The notes below the pieces were generated by a model that did no database searches, was not told the origin of the DNA, and saw nothing but the letters and a program-made list of their open reading frames with translations. Both the position numbers and the translations under genes were made by a program. Positions 1 to 8,723 of a stretch of DNA of 24,000 bases are shown one piece after another. The stretch is from the NCBI RefSeq assembly GCF_014764405.1, contig NZ_CP061725.1:6342856-6366855 (forward strand), written 5' to 3'. The stretch comes from Micromonospora craniellae (GTDB lineage Bacteria; Actinomycetota; Actinomycetes; Mycobacteriales; Micromonosporaceae). Within the stretch, counting starts at the first letter, position 1, and each line of letters starts with the position of its first letter.

Positions 1-17
1 GGCAGGAGTCGACGAGG

Positions 18-491
18 TCAGGCGGTGACCGTGGTGGGCTCGTGCCGTACCGGGAAGTTGACGGAGTTGGCGATGAAACAGACCCGGTGCGCGTCGTCGT
101 GCAGCGCGGTCGCGGTGTCGGCGGCGGCGGGGTCGGCGAGGGTGACCCGGGGGCGCAGGACGACCTCGGTGAAGTGGCCGCTGCCGGTGGCGTTGTCGGT
201 GGTCATGCTGCCGGTGGCGGCGTCGACGTAGCCGGTGACGACGATGCCGTTGTCCGCGCAGAGATGCAGGTAGGCCAGCAAGTGACACTGGGACAGCGCG
301 GCCAGCAGGAGCTGTTCGGGGTTCCACCGGGTGCGGTCGCCGCGGAAGGTGGGGTCGGAGCTGCCGGCGATCGGGGGCGGGCCGTCGGCGGTGACGTCGT
401 GGTCACGACGGTAGGCGCGGTAGCCGCTGGTGCCGGTGCCGAGGTTGCCGGTCCAGGTGACGGTCGTGCGGTAGGTGTGCTGGTGAGGCAT
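18..491 (-). CDS. OsmC/Ohr-family peroxiredoxin-like protein
   Basis: 157-aa ORF with the two Cys contexts typical of the OsmC/Ohr fold (LSQCHLLAY and HRVCFIANS). Size fits the family. Motif recognition only. Confidence 0.8.
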   Translation of the reverse strand: MPHQHTYRTTVTWTGNLGTGTSGYRAYRRDHDVTADGPPPIAGSSDPTFRGDRTRWNPEQLLLAALSQCHLLAYLHLCADNGIVVTGYVDAATGSMTTDNATGSGHFTEVVLRPRVTLADPAAADTATALHDDAHRVCFIANSVNFPVRHEPTTVTA

Positions 492-503
492 GGACTCATG
501 GTG

Positions 504-542
504 CCGGATCGGCCCGGGACGCGGGGTCCCGGGCCGATCCGG
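504..542 (-). terminator. Strong hairpin immediately after the cydB stop (17-bp perfect stem, 5-nt loop)
   Basis: CCGGATCGGCCCGGGAC (504-520) is the exact reverse complement of GTCCCGGGCCGATCCGG (526-542). It starts 1 nt after the cydB stop codon (543-545). There is no U-tract, which is usual for GC-rich actinobacterial terminators. Confidence 0.6.
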
Positions 543-1541
543 TCAGTGCTGCGGGATGTGCTTGACGCCGATGCGCTTGCGGAACACCCAGTACGTCCAG
601 CCCTGGTAGGCCAGCACGATCGGGGTGAAGAACACCGCGACCCAGGTCATGATCCGCAGCGTGTAGGGGGTGGAGGCGGCGTTGGCGGCGGTCAGCGTGC
701 CGGCCGGGTCCAGCGTGGAGGGCAGCACGGTGGGGAACAGCGCGGCGAACAGGGTCGCCACGGCCAGGCCGATGGCCAGCGCGGTGCCGGTGAAGGCCCA
801 GCCCTCGCGCCGGACCTGAGCGGCGGCGAGGCCGCCGAGCAGGGCCAGGGCGGCACCGGTGGCGAGCACCACGGCGGCGGTGCTGGAGCGGATGGTCAGG
901 GTCCAGGTGAGGAACGCGACCGCGAGCACGGCGGCGATCACGCCGAGGCGGACGGCGAGGGCGGCGGCGCGGCTCCGGATGTCGCCGACGGTCTTGAGGG
1001 CGATGAACACCGTGCCGTGCGTTCCGAACAGCGCCGCGGTGGTCGCGCCGCCGAGCAGGGCGTACGGGTGCAGCAGGTCGACCAGGCCGCCGACGAACTC
1101 GTGGTCGGCGTCCAGGGGTACGCCGCGCAGGATGTTGGCGAAGGCCACGCCCCACAGGATCGCCGGGATGAGCGAGCCGAAGAAGATGGCGTTGTCCCAG
1201 CGGCGCTTCCAGGACGCCTCGGGGCGCTTGTGGCGGTACTCGAAGGCGACGCCCCGGGCGATCAGGGCCAGCAGGATGAGCAGCAGCGGTAGGTAGAAGC
1301 CGGAGAAGAGGGTGGCGTACCACTCGGGGAAGGCGGCGAACATCGCGCCGCCGGCGGTGATCAGCCAGACCTCGTTGCCGTCCCAGACCGGGCCGATCGT
1401 GTTGATCATCACGCGGCGTTCGCGGTCGTCGCGGCCGAGCACGGGCAGCAGCATGCCGACGCCGAAGTCGAAGCCCTCCAGGATGAAGTAGCCGGTGAAC
1501 AGCACGGCGACGAGGAGAAACCAGATGGTGGCCAGTTCCAC
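543..1541 (-). CDS. cydB: Cytochrome bd ubiquinol oxidase subunit II
   Basis: The 332-aa C-terminal part of the long ORF 543..3059 is a typical polytopic CydB (VELATIWFLLVAVLFTGYFILEGFDFGVGML..., PVWDGNEVWL). GTG start at 1541 with GGAG upstream, 14 nt after the cydA stop. The upstream extension of the ORF-track entry is an out-of-frame read-through artefact. Confidence 0.9.
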   Translation of the reverse strand: MELATIWFLLVAVLFTGYFILEGFDFGVGMLLPVLGRDDRERRVMINTIGPVWDGNEVWLITAGGAMFAAFPEWYATLFSGFYLPLLLILLALIARGVAFEYRHKRPEASWKRRWDNAIFFGSLIPAILWGVAFANILRGVPLDADHEFVGGLVDLLHPYALLGGATTAALFGTHGTVFIALKTVGDIRSRAAALAVRLGVIAAVLAVAFLTWTLTIRSSTAAVVLATGAALALLGGLAAAQVRREGWAFTGTALAIGLAVATLFAALFPTVLPSTLDPAGTLTAANAASTPYTLRIMTWVAVFFTPIVLAYQGWTYWVFRKRIGVKHIPQH

Positions 1542-1555
1542 GGTGGGGCTCCGGG

Positions 1556-2968
1556 TCAGTAGGCGAACGCGAGCGGGCGGTCGGTGTCGTCGGTGTCGTC
1601 GGGCTCGGAGGCGGGCGTGACGTCCGGTACGCCGGCCTTCGCGTACCGGATCAGCAGTTTCACCTCGACCACCGCGAGGACGGCGTAGATGATCGTGAAG
1701 GCGGCGAAGCTGGTGAGCACCTCGCCCAGGGAGACGCTGCGGGAGACGCCGTCGCGGGTGAGCATCTCGCCGAAGACGATCCAGGGCTGGCGGCCCATCT
1801 CGGTGAAGATCCAGCCGAAGGAGTTGGCCAGCAGCGGCAGGACCGGCATGACCAGGCCGGCGCGCAGCAGCCACGTGCCGCGCGGGGTCCGGCCCTTGCG
1901 TTGTGACCAGAGCACGAGCAGCGCGATGGCGGCGGCCGCGAGCCCGAAGCCGATCATGAAGCGGAAGCTCCAGTAGGTGACCGGGATGATCGGGGTGTAG
2001 CTGCCGGGGCCGTACTGGGCGGTGTAGAGGGCCTGGAGGTCGTTGACGCCGTGCACGGTGCCGTTGGGGTCGCCGGTGCCCAGGTACGACAGCAGGTACG
2101 GGATCTTGATGGCGAACAGTTCCCGGCTGCCGTCGAGGCTGCCGATGGTGAGTACGGAGAACGAGGCGGGACTCTCGGTGTCGTAGAAGCCCTCGGCGGC
2201 GGCCATCTTCATCGGCTGCGCCTGGGTCATGATCTTGCCCTGGATGTCGCCGGTGATCACGACGACGGCGGCCGAGACCAGGGTGACCCAGGAGCCGAAG
2301 CGGGCCGCGAACCGGTACGCCGGGGTGTCGGCGTTGTCGGGGCGCCGGATCAGGTGCCACAGGGCGACCGACACCAGCAGCGACCCGGCGACCAGGAATG
2401 CGCCGGCGATGGTGTGCGGGAAGGTGATCAGGGCGACCTTGTTGGTGAGCACGGCGACGAAGTCGGTCAGCTCGGCGCGGCCGGTCTCCGGGTTGACCCA
2501 GTAGCCGACCGGGTTCTGCATGAACGAGTTGGCGGCGAGGATGAAGTACGCCGACAGGTTGCTGCCGATCGCGGCGGCCCAGATGCACGCCAGGTGCAGG
2601 CGTCTGGGCAGCCGGTCCCAGCCGAAGATCCACAGGCCGATGAAGGTGGATTCGAGGAAGAAGGCGACCAGCGCCTCGATCGCCAGGGGGGCGCCGAAGA
2701 TGTCGCCGACGAAACGTGAATAGTCGCTCCAGTTCATGCCGAACTGGAACTCCTGCACGATGCCGGTGACCACGCCCATCGCGAAGTTGATCAGGAACAG
2801 CTTGCCGAAGAACTTGGTGAGCTTGAGGTACTTCTCGTCCCCGGTGCGGCGCCAGAGGGTCTGCAGGATGGCGACCAGGACGGACAGTCCGATGGTCAGC
2901 GGCACGAAGAGAAAGTGGTAGACGGTGGTGACACCGAACTGCCAGCGGGCGACGTCCAACGCGTCCAC
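1556..2968 (-). CDS. cydA: Cytochrome bd ubiquinol oxidase subunit I
   Basis: 470-aa ORF with an N-terminus (MDALDVARWQFGVTTVYHFLFVPLTIGLS) and overall layout typical of CydA. GTG start at 2968 preceded by a GGGGG Shine-Dalgarno-like run. Confidence 0.92.
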   Translation of the reverse strand: MDALDVARWQFGVTTVYHFLFVPLTIGLSVLVAILQTLWRRTGDEKYLKLTKFFGKLFLINFAMGVVTGIVQEFQFGMNWSDYSRFVGDIFGAPLAIEALVAFFLESTFIGLWIFGWDRLPRRLHLACIWAAAIGSNLSAYFILAANSFMQNPVGYWVNPETGRAELTDFVAVLTNKVALITFPHTIAGAFLVAGSLLVSVALWHLIRRPDNADTPAYRFAARFGSWVTLVSAAVVVITGDIQGKIMTQAQPMKMAAAEGFYDTESPASFSVLTIGSLDGSRELFAIKIPYLLSYLGTGDPNGTVHGVNDLQALYTAQYGPGSYTPIIPVTYWSFRFMIGFGLAAAAIALLVLWSQRKGRTPRGTWLLRAGLVMPVLPLLANSFGWIFTEMGRQPWIVFGEMLTRDGVSRSVSLGEVLTSFAAFTIIYAVLAVVEVKLLIRYAKAGVPDVTPASEPDDTDDTDRPLAFAY

Positions 2969-2988
2969 CTGCGACCCCCAGGCTGCTG

Positions 2989-3025
2989 ATACTACAAGAC
3001 GTAGTAAATACTACAGCCTGTCGTA
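2989..3025. promoter_or_regulatory. Two tandem palindromic operator-like sites upstream of cydA (TACTAC-N5-GTAGTA)
   Basis: Site A is TACTAC(2990-2995)-AAGAC-GTAGTA(3001-3006), with perfect arms. Site B is TACTAC(3009-3014)-AGCCT-GTCGTA(3020-3025), with one mismatch. Centres are 19 bp apart. Both lie in a locally AT-rich stretch 22-57 nt upstream of the cydA GTG. Each contains a TAGTAT (-10-like, TANNNT) hexamer on the cyd strand. Confidence 0.4.
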
Positions 3026-3114
3026 CAGCGTCGGGCGGCCCGAACCGCTCCGGGACCAATGACCCTGCTCACCTCTGCCGTCCGGCCCCCGGTCCGGCAC
3101 CGGCGGCCTGCGCC

Positions 3115-3912
3115 GTGCGACCATCACCGGCTGTGGACCACGCCCACTCCCCCTGGCAACCGCCGCTGATCTGGCGCATCGCCCAACTGCTCGCCCGCGT
3201 CGTGGTCGGCGCGCTGGCCCGGCTGGAGGTCACCGGCGACATCCCCGCGCACCTGCGCGGCGGGCCGCTGATCCTGGCCGCCAACCACATCAGCCCGTTC
3301 GACCCGATCGTGCTCGCCGCCGCCTGCCGCGACCAGCGGGTCGCACCCCGGATCATGGCCACCGGCGGGCTGTTCCGCGCACCGGTGATCGGTGCCGCCA
3401 TGCGCCGCGCCGGGCACATCCGCGTCGACCGGGGCGCCATCGGCGTACACCGGGCCCTGGACGACGCCGCCACCGCGGTCGCCGCGGGCGCGCCGATCCT
3501 GGTCTACCCCGAGGGCCGCATCGGCCTCGACCCGTGCCTGTGGCCCGAACGCGGCAAGACCGGCGCCGCCCGACTCGCTCTGACCTGCGGTGCACCCGTC
3601 GTGCCGGTGGCACAGTGGGGCTCGCACGAGGTGCTGCCGTACCGGGCGCCCAAGGGTCTGCTGGGCGGCGTCGGCCGCGCGCTGGCACGCCGCCCCACCG
3701 TCCGGGTGCACTTCGGTGACCCGGTCGACCTGACCGATCTGCGTCCGGGGACGCCCGGCGCCGCCCGCCAGGCCACCGACCGGATCATCGACGCCCTCAC
3801 CGACACCCTCGTGCCGCTGCGCCCGGACGAACCCGACCGGCCCCGCCACGTCGACCCGAGCCGACCGGTGGACACCAGCCGTTCCCACCGACGCCGCCCC
3901 GCCACCGGCTGA
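3115..3912 (+). CDS. 1-acyl-sn-glycerol-3-phosphate acyltransferase family protein (PlsC-type)
   Basis: The 265-aa ORF carries the acyltransferase motifs NHxxxxD (ANHISPFD) and YPEG (VYPEGR). The start codon (GTG 3115) is uncertain. Confidence 0.8.
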   Translation: MRPSPAVDHAHSPWQPPLIWRIAQLLARVVVGALARLEVTGDIPAHLRGGPLILAANHISPFDPIVLAAACRDQRVAPRIMATGGLFRAPVIGAAMRRAGHIRVDRGAIGVHRALDDAATAVAAGAPILVYPEGRIGLDPCLWPERGKTGAARLALTCGAPVVPVAQWGSHEVLPYRAPKGLLGGVGRALARRPTVRVHFGDPVDLTDLRPGTPGAARQATDRIIDALTDTLVPLRPDEPDRPRHVDPSRPVDTSRSHRRRPATG

Positions 3913-4046
3913 CCCGCTGCACCGCACGGCGACCGTCACACAGTGGATGGGCGCGATCACTTTCCGGTATCCGCCACCGGCGTAGGGCACACACCGGGCA
4001 CCGGCCGGTCGTCCGCCGGGCACCGGCGCCGGGCATACTGCGCTGC

Positions 4047-4814
4047 GTGCCACCTGGTCACCCGTACCTCGACGCCCCGACGCCGCTGGCCTTCGCGCAC
4101 CGTGGCGGCGCCGCCGACGGCGACGAGAACACCACGGCGGCCTTCGCCCGCGCGGCCGAGCTGGGTTACCGGTACGTGGAGACCGACGTGCACGGCACCG
4201 CCGACGGGGTCGCCGTGGTGTTCCACGACCACACTCTCGAACGGCTGACCGGGCAGCGGGGGCGGCTGTCCGCGCTGAGCTGGGCCGACCTGGCCACGGT
4301 ACGCGTCGGCGGGGCCGCCGCCGTGCCGCGCCTGGACGAGGTGCTCGACGCGTGGCCGCAGGTGCGCTTCAACATCGACGTGAAGTCCGACCCCGCCGTG
4401 GCACCCACCGTGACCACCGTGGCGCGGGCCGGTGCCGGTGATCGGGTGCTGCTGGCCTCGTTCAGCGACAGCCGGCTGACCCGGTTGCGTGCCCTCACCC
4501 ACGGCCGGGTCGCCACCAGCCTCGGCGTCCGCGGGGTGGCCCGGCTGCGCTGGGCCTCGCTGACCGGCCGGCCGGTGCGCCTGCCGCCGTCGGTGGCGGC
4601 CGCGCAGGTGCCGGTGCGGTTCGGCCGGATCCCGGTGGTGGACCGCCGCCTGCTGCGGACGGCACACCGCCTCGGGTTGCAGGTGCACGTCTGGACGATC
4701 GACGAACCTGCCGAGATGCACGAGTTACTTGATCTCGGTGTGGATGGCATCATGACCGACCACGTCGGCGTGCTGCGCGACGTCTATCGCAGCCGCGGCC
4801 ACTGGGCCGCCTGA
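4047..4814 (+). CDS. Glycerophosphodiester phosphodiesterase (GDPD family)
   Basis: 255-aa ORF with GDPD signatures FAHRGG, DENT, VETDVH and a C-terminal DGIMTD. Confidence 0.85.
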   Translation: MPPGHPYLDAPTPLAFAHRGGAADGDENTTAAFARAAELGYRYVETDVHGTADGVAVVFHDHTLERLTGQRGRLSALSWADLATVRVGGAAAVPRLDEVLDAWPQVRFNIDVKSDPAVAPTVTTVARAGAGDRVLLASFSDSRLTRLRALTHGRVATSLGVRGVARLRWASLTGRPVRLPPSVAAAQVPVRFGRIPVVDRRLLRTAHRLGLQVHVWTIDEPAEMHELLDLGVDGIMTDHVGVLRDVYRSRGHWAA

Positions 4815-4838
4815 ACACCCCCGGGCAAAGGACCCCAC

Positions 4839-6233
4839 ATGGCCGAGACGGCGACCCCTGCCGCGAACGACACCCCACAGCCCGCCAGCACCCGCCGCGA
4901 GCGCACCGGCTGGTACTTCTACGACTGGGCCAACTCGGCCTTCCAGACCACCGTCATCACGGTGTTCCTCGGGCCGTTCCTGACCAGCGTGGCCAAGATG
5001 GCGGCCGGCTGCCAACTCGGCGCCGACGAATGCAGGGGGTACGTCTACCCGCTGGGCATCAAGGTGGCCGCCGGTTCGTACTACCCGTACCTGATCTCGC
5101 TGTCGGTGCTGCTGACGGTCTTCGTGCTGCCGGTGATCGGCGCGATCGCCGACCGGTCGCTGCACAAGAAGCGGCTGCTGGCCGGCACCGCGTTCATCGG
5201 TGCCGGCGCGACCATCGGGATGATCTTCGTCACCGGTGACCGGTACCTGCTCGGCGGCGCGCTGTTCATGATCGCCAACATCAGCTTCGGTGCGGCGATC
5301 GTGGTCTACAACTCGTTCCTGCCGCAGTTGGGCGGGCCGGACGAACGCGACGGCATCTCCAGTCGCGGCTGGGCGCTGGGTTACCTCGGAGGCGGCCTGC
5401 TGCTGGCGTTGAACCTGGTCGCGGTGCAGTCGTTCGACAACGGCACCCCGGAACGCACACTCGACCTGGCCCGCTGGTCCATCGTCTCGGCGGGCGTGTG
5501 GTGGGCGGTGTTCACCCTGGTGCCGCTGCGCTGGCTGCGCGAGCGCCCCACCGCCGCCGCGGTCGCCGCCGGGGCGGGCGGCAACGTGCTCACCGACGGG
5601 TTCCGGCAACTCGGCCGCACCCTGCGGGAGATCAAGGCGTACCCGCTGACGTTGTTCTTCCTGCTGGCGTTCCTGGTCTACAACGACGGCATCCAGACCG
5701 TCATCACTCTGGCGAGCCAGTACGGCACCGAGGAGCTGCGGCTGGACCAGAGCACCCTGATCGTGACGATCCTGCTGGTGCAGTTCCTGGCGTTCGGCGG
5801 CGCGCTCGGCCTCGGTTGGCTGGCCGGGCGGATCGGGGCGTGGAAGACCATCCTGCTGAGCCTGGTGCTGTGGACCGCGGTGATCCTCGGCGCGTTCCGG
5901 CTGCCGGCCGAGGCGCCGCTGCCGTTCATGCTGCTCGGCGCGGCCATCGGCCTGGTCCTCGGTGGCAGCCAGGCGCTGAGCCGGTCGCTGTTCAGCCAGC
6001 TCATCCCGGCTGGCAAGGAGGGCGAGTACTACGGCTTCTACGAGATCAGCGACAAGGGCACCAGCTGGCTGGGGCCGCTCGCGTTCGGTCTGGTGTTCCA
6101 ACTCACCAACTCCTACCGGGTGGGCCTGGTCTCCCTGCTGATCTTCTTTGTGGTCGGTTTCCTGCTGCTGCTGGCGGTGCCGATCCGGCGGGCGATCGTG
6201 GCCGCCGGCAACACGCCGCCACGGGTGCTGTGA
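4839..6233 (+). CDS. MFS transporter, UMF1 (YxiO/Atg22-like) family
   Basis: 464-aa polytopic ORF. The N-terminal GWYFYDWANSAFQTTVITVFLGPFL is characteristic of UMF1-type MFS proteins. About 12 hydrophobic segments. Confidence 0.8.
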   Translation: MAETATPAANDTPQPASTRRERTGWYFYDWANSAFQTTVITVFLGPFLTSVAKMAAGCQLGADECRGYVYPLGIKVAAGSYYPYLISLSVLLTVFVLPVIGAIADRSLHKKRLLAGTAFIGAGATIGMIFVTGDRYLLGGALFMIANISFGAAIVVYNSFLPQLGGPDERDGISSRGWALGYLGGGLLLALNLVAVQSFDNGTPERTLDLARWSIVSAGVWWAVFTLVPLRWLRERPTAAAVAAGAGGNVLTDGFRQLGRTLREIKAYPLTLFFLLAFLVYNDGIQTVITLASQYGTEELRLDQSTLIVTILLVQFLAFGGALGLGWLAGRIGAWKTILLSLVLWTAVILGAFRLPAEAPLPFMLLGAAIGLVLGGSQALSRSLFSQLIPAGKEGEYYGFYEISDKGTSWLGPLAFGLVFQLTNSYRVGLVSLLIFFVVGFLLLLAVPIRRAIVAAGNTPPRVL

Positions 6234-6342
6234 CCCACACCGGCGGACCATCGGTGGACCGGTCGGCGCCGTCGATCGACTAGGCTGCCGGTCCGTGACG
6301 AGCGCCCCAGACCCCGTACCCACCTGCCTGGCCCGCCCCCGG

Positions 6343-7038
6343 ATGGCCGGCCCGGGCGACACGTCGGCCGGGTGCGTGGCCGCCCGTGGCGTCGATGGGC
6401 GGCCCGCGCACGCCGCCGCGCTGCGGTTCTACTGGGGTCCGATGGACTGCGGCAAGTCCACGATGGCGTTGCAGATGAACTACAACCACTCCCGGCAGGG
6501 CCGCCGGGGGCTGGTCACCACCCGCATCGACCGCTCGCTGGGCCCGCAGGTCACCACCCGGATCGGTCTGGCACACGAGGCGATCGAGGTGACCGACGCG
6601 CTGGACCTGCGCACCCTCGTCCGTGACGCCTGGGCTGACGGGGTACGCGTGGACTACCTGATCTGCGACGAGGCCAGCTTCTACTCCGTCGAGCACGTGG
6701 AGCAGATGGCTGACCTGGTCGACAGTTACGACGTCGACGTGTACGCCTTCGGGCTGGCCACCGACTTCCGGTCCTGCCTGTTCCCGGCCGCCCAGCGGCT
6801 GTTCGAACTGGCCGACTCGGTGGCCCGGATCCAGGTCGAGGTGCTCTGCTGGTGCGGCCGGGAGGGCCTGCTCAACGCCCGGGTCGCGGGCGGGCGGATC
6901 GTCCGCGAGGGCGAGCAGGTCGTGATCGGCGACACCGTCGACGATGCCGACGTGCGCTACCAGGTGTTGTGCCGTCGCCACCACCGCAGCGGTGACCTCG
7001 GTCCCCGCGCCACCGCCTGCGCCGGTTCCGCTGCGTGA
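6343..7038 (+). CDS. tdk: Thymidine kinase
   Basis: P-loop GPMDCGKST, Walker-B-like LICDEASF, and the Zn-finger cysteines (LCWCGREG ... VLCRRHH) align by eye with E. coli Tdk. ATG at 6343 is chosen. An in-frame GTG at 6295 lies 8 nt after a TAGGCT -10-like hexamer (6281-6286) and could be a leaderless start. Confidence 0.85.
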   Translation: MAGPGDTSAGCVAARGVDGRPAHAAALRFYWGPMDCGKSTMALQMNYNHSRQGRRGLVTTRIDRSLGPQVTTRIGLAHEAIEVTDALDLRTLVRDAWADGVRVDYLICDEASFYSVEHVEQMADLVDSYDVDVYAFGLATDFRSCLFPAAQRLFELADSVARIQVEVLCWCGREGLLNARVAGGRIVREGEQVVIGDTVDDADVRYQVLCRRHHRSGDLGPRATACAGSAA

Positions 7039-7078
7039 CGGTCGGCTGGCCGAGCCGGTCGGGACGGTCGGGGCCTGA

Positions 7079-7486
7079 TCAGTACGGGTCGCCGCAGACC
7101 CGCCACCCGTCCTCCCGCACCACCGACAGCTCACGCTGCTCGGTGGCGCCGCTGTCGCGGGTCAGCCGGACGGTGACCGTGCCATGGGGCTTGCCCCGGT
7201 CGGTGGCCACCGACACGTCGACGATCGCGTAGTCGCGCACGATCGGCGGGGTACGGACCCAACTGGTGAAGCCCAGCTCGCTCCACCGGCTGCGCGCGTC
7301 GGCGCAGAGCCGCTCGTACGCGCTGCCGGTGTCGCCCGTGGTCACCTCCCGCAGGAACCCCTCGGCGGTCTCCCGCACCGGGCCGGCGGCCTGGGTCACG
7401 ACCTGCACGTTCCAGGCGCCGAGACCGGCGACGCCGATGCAGCACAGGGCCACGCCGGCGCCGGCGAAGACGAGCCCGACCCGCAT
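7079..7486 (-). CDS. Hypothetical small membrane-anchored/secreted protein
   Basis: 135 aa from MRVGLVFAGAGVALCCIGVAGLGAW (one N-terminal TM/signal segment), followed by a soluble domain. High GC3. The longer ORF-track version (to 7813) overlaps the integrase gene and is rejected. No family recognised. Confidence 0.5.
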   Translation of the reverse strand: MRVGLVFAGAGVALCCIGVAGLGAWNVQVVTQAAGPVRETAEGFLREVTTGDTGSAYERLCADARSRWSELGFTSWVRTPPIVRDYAIVDVSVATDRGKPHGTVTVRLTRDSGATEQRELSVVREDGWRVCGDPY

Positions 7487-7592
7487 CGGGTGGCGTCGCC
7501 GGGCCGGCCTGCTCCACGGCTGCGCCTCGCCCACACCGTCCGACCGTAGAGAATCGGGCGCGTCGGCGGGCGGAAAGCCGTCCGGTGCCGGG

Positions 7593-8591
7593 TCAGTTGC
7601 GGCGGCGGGCCCGGGCGGCCCAGATGGCGTACGCGGGATCGCGGTCGAGGTTGTGCCGGTCGCGGTCGTAGCGGCGGGTGGTACGCGGGTCGGCGTGGCC
7701 CATCGCGTCCTGCACGTCCTCCAGCGGTACGCCCTCGGCGCGGGCGGTGGTGGCGAAGGCGTGCCGCAGCGAGTGCGGGGACAGTCGCGCCCAGGCCGGT
7801 ATGCCCGCGTCACGGGCGAGCCGCCGGATCAGCCGGAACACCGAGTGCCGGTCCAGTCGGGCGCCGCTGGCGGTGACCAGCAGTGCCCCGGTGAGCTGGT
7901 GTGTCGCCACGCCCTGCTCGGCGGCACGCTGGGTCAGGTAGGCGTCCACCGCGTACGCGGTCGAGGGGGTGAGGGCGCGGCGGCGGGACTTGCCGCCCTT
8001 GCCGGTGAAGCGCACGCTGCGGTGTCCCCGTTCGGCGCCGAGGTCGGCGACGTCCAGCGAGACCAGTTCCCCGACCCGCAGACCCAGGTCGGCCAGGAGG
8101 GTGACGGCGGCGCGGTTGCGGGCGGCGGTCGGCCCGGTGTCGGCCTCGGCGGCGGCGAGCAGCGCGTCCACCTCGTCGGGGCTCAGGCCCACGGTGGCCG
8201 AGTGGTCGCGGTCGATGCGGGGCCGGTCGGCGTCGGAGACCGGGTTGGCGTGCACCGCCTGGAGCTTGACCAGGAAGTCGTACCAGCTCGACAGGGCGGA
8301 CAGCTTGCGGGCCACGGTGGCCGGGGTCAGCGGCCGTCCGGTACGGGCGGCCAGGGTGTTCTCCAGTGTCCGCGCGTACTCGTTGACGTGCAGGAAGTTC
8401 GCCCGCAGCGGATCCAGGTGGCGGGTGTCGCACCAGCCCAGCCACCCGGCGACGTCCCGTCGGTACGCGTCGCGGGTGTGTTCACTCAACCGCCGGTTAC
8501 GCAGCCACGCGTCGGTGACGGCCATCGGCCCCCCGGGCAGGGCGGGATGGGCCGGCGGGCGGTACAACGCCGGAGTGTCGGACGAACGCAT
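7593..8591 (-). CDS. Tyrosine recombinase / phage-type integrase (XerC/D-like), apparently intact
   Basis: 332-aa ORF with an N-terminal SAM-like core-binding region (TRDAYRRDVAGWLGW, KLSALSSWYDFL). The catalytic signature is present: R in LGLRVGEL, HSLRHAF, GHADPRTTRRY (Tyr nucleophile). Confidence 0.85.
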   Translation of the reverse strand: MRSSDTPALYRPPAHPALPGGPMAVTDAWLRNRRLSEHTRDAYRRDVAGWLGWCDTRHLDPLRANFLHVNEYARTLENTLAARTGRPLTPATVARKLSALSSWYDFLVKLQAVHANPVSDADRPRIDRDHSATVGLSPDEVDALLAAAEADTGPTAARNRAAVTLLADLGLRVGELVSLDVADLGAERGHRSVRFTGKGGKSRRRALTPSTAYAVDAYLTQRAAEQGVATHQLTGALLVTASGARLDRHSVFRLIRRLARDAGIPAWARLSPHSLRHAFATTARAEGVPLEDVQDAMGHADPRTTRRYDRDRHNLDRDPAYAIWAARARRRN

Positions 8592-8684
8592 GTGAGAAAT
8601 GTTCTCAGTCGTGTTTCAGGTTGACGAACAGGCGCGCCGACGCGTCATGATCGCACACCGCCGGACCGTACGGCCGCAGCACGC

Positions 8685-8713
8685 GGCCGGGCGGAAGCAC
8701 CTCCCGCCCGGCC
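8685..8713 (-). terminator. Hairpin downstream of hsp20 (10-bp GC stem, 9-nt loop)
   Basis: GGCCGGGCGG (8685-8694) pairs with CCGCCCGGCC (8704-8713). It lies 11 nt after the hsp20 stop on the minus strand and separates hsp20 from the integrase gene. Confidence 0.45.
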
Positions 8714-8723
8714 GTCGCATGTG

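Noticed and set aside
42-1292. Long plus-strand ORF (416 aa) and similar long ORFs elsewhere: 496..1323 (-), 4725..6362 (-), 14569..17358 (+), 17374..19572 (-), 17733..19934 (+), 20890..22014 (+), 21947..23635 (+), 22830..23972 (-).
   Set aside because: Their products are low-complexity Arg/Gly/Pro/Ala-rich sequences that lie antisense to, or out of frame with, clearly recognisable genes (OsmC, cydAB, MFS, GH42, GH31, ABC components). These are the typical stop-codon-poor shadow ORFs of high-GC DNA.
1542-3059. Upstream 506 codons of ORF 543..3059, which would give an 838-aa protein fused to CydB.
   Set aside because: This part is an alternative frame of the cydA gene with a low-complexity translation. 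A proper GTG start with GGAG and the CydB N-terminus occur at 1541.
7037-7071. Direct repeat GACGGTCGG twice in the tdk/hypothetical convergent gap.
   Set aside because: The repeat is short and GC-rich, which is expected by chance at this base composition. It does not form a hairpin or match any known motif.
7487-7813. Longer version (244 aa) of the small membrane protein ORF 7079..7813.
   Set aside because: The extension overlaps the 3' end of the integrase gene in another frame and is Pro/Ala/Arg-rich. ATG 7486 gives a sensible signal/TM N-terminus.
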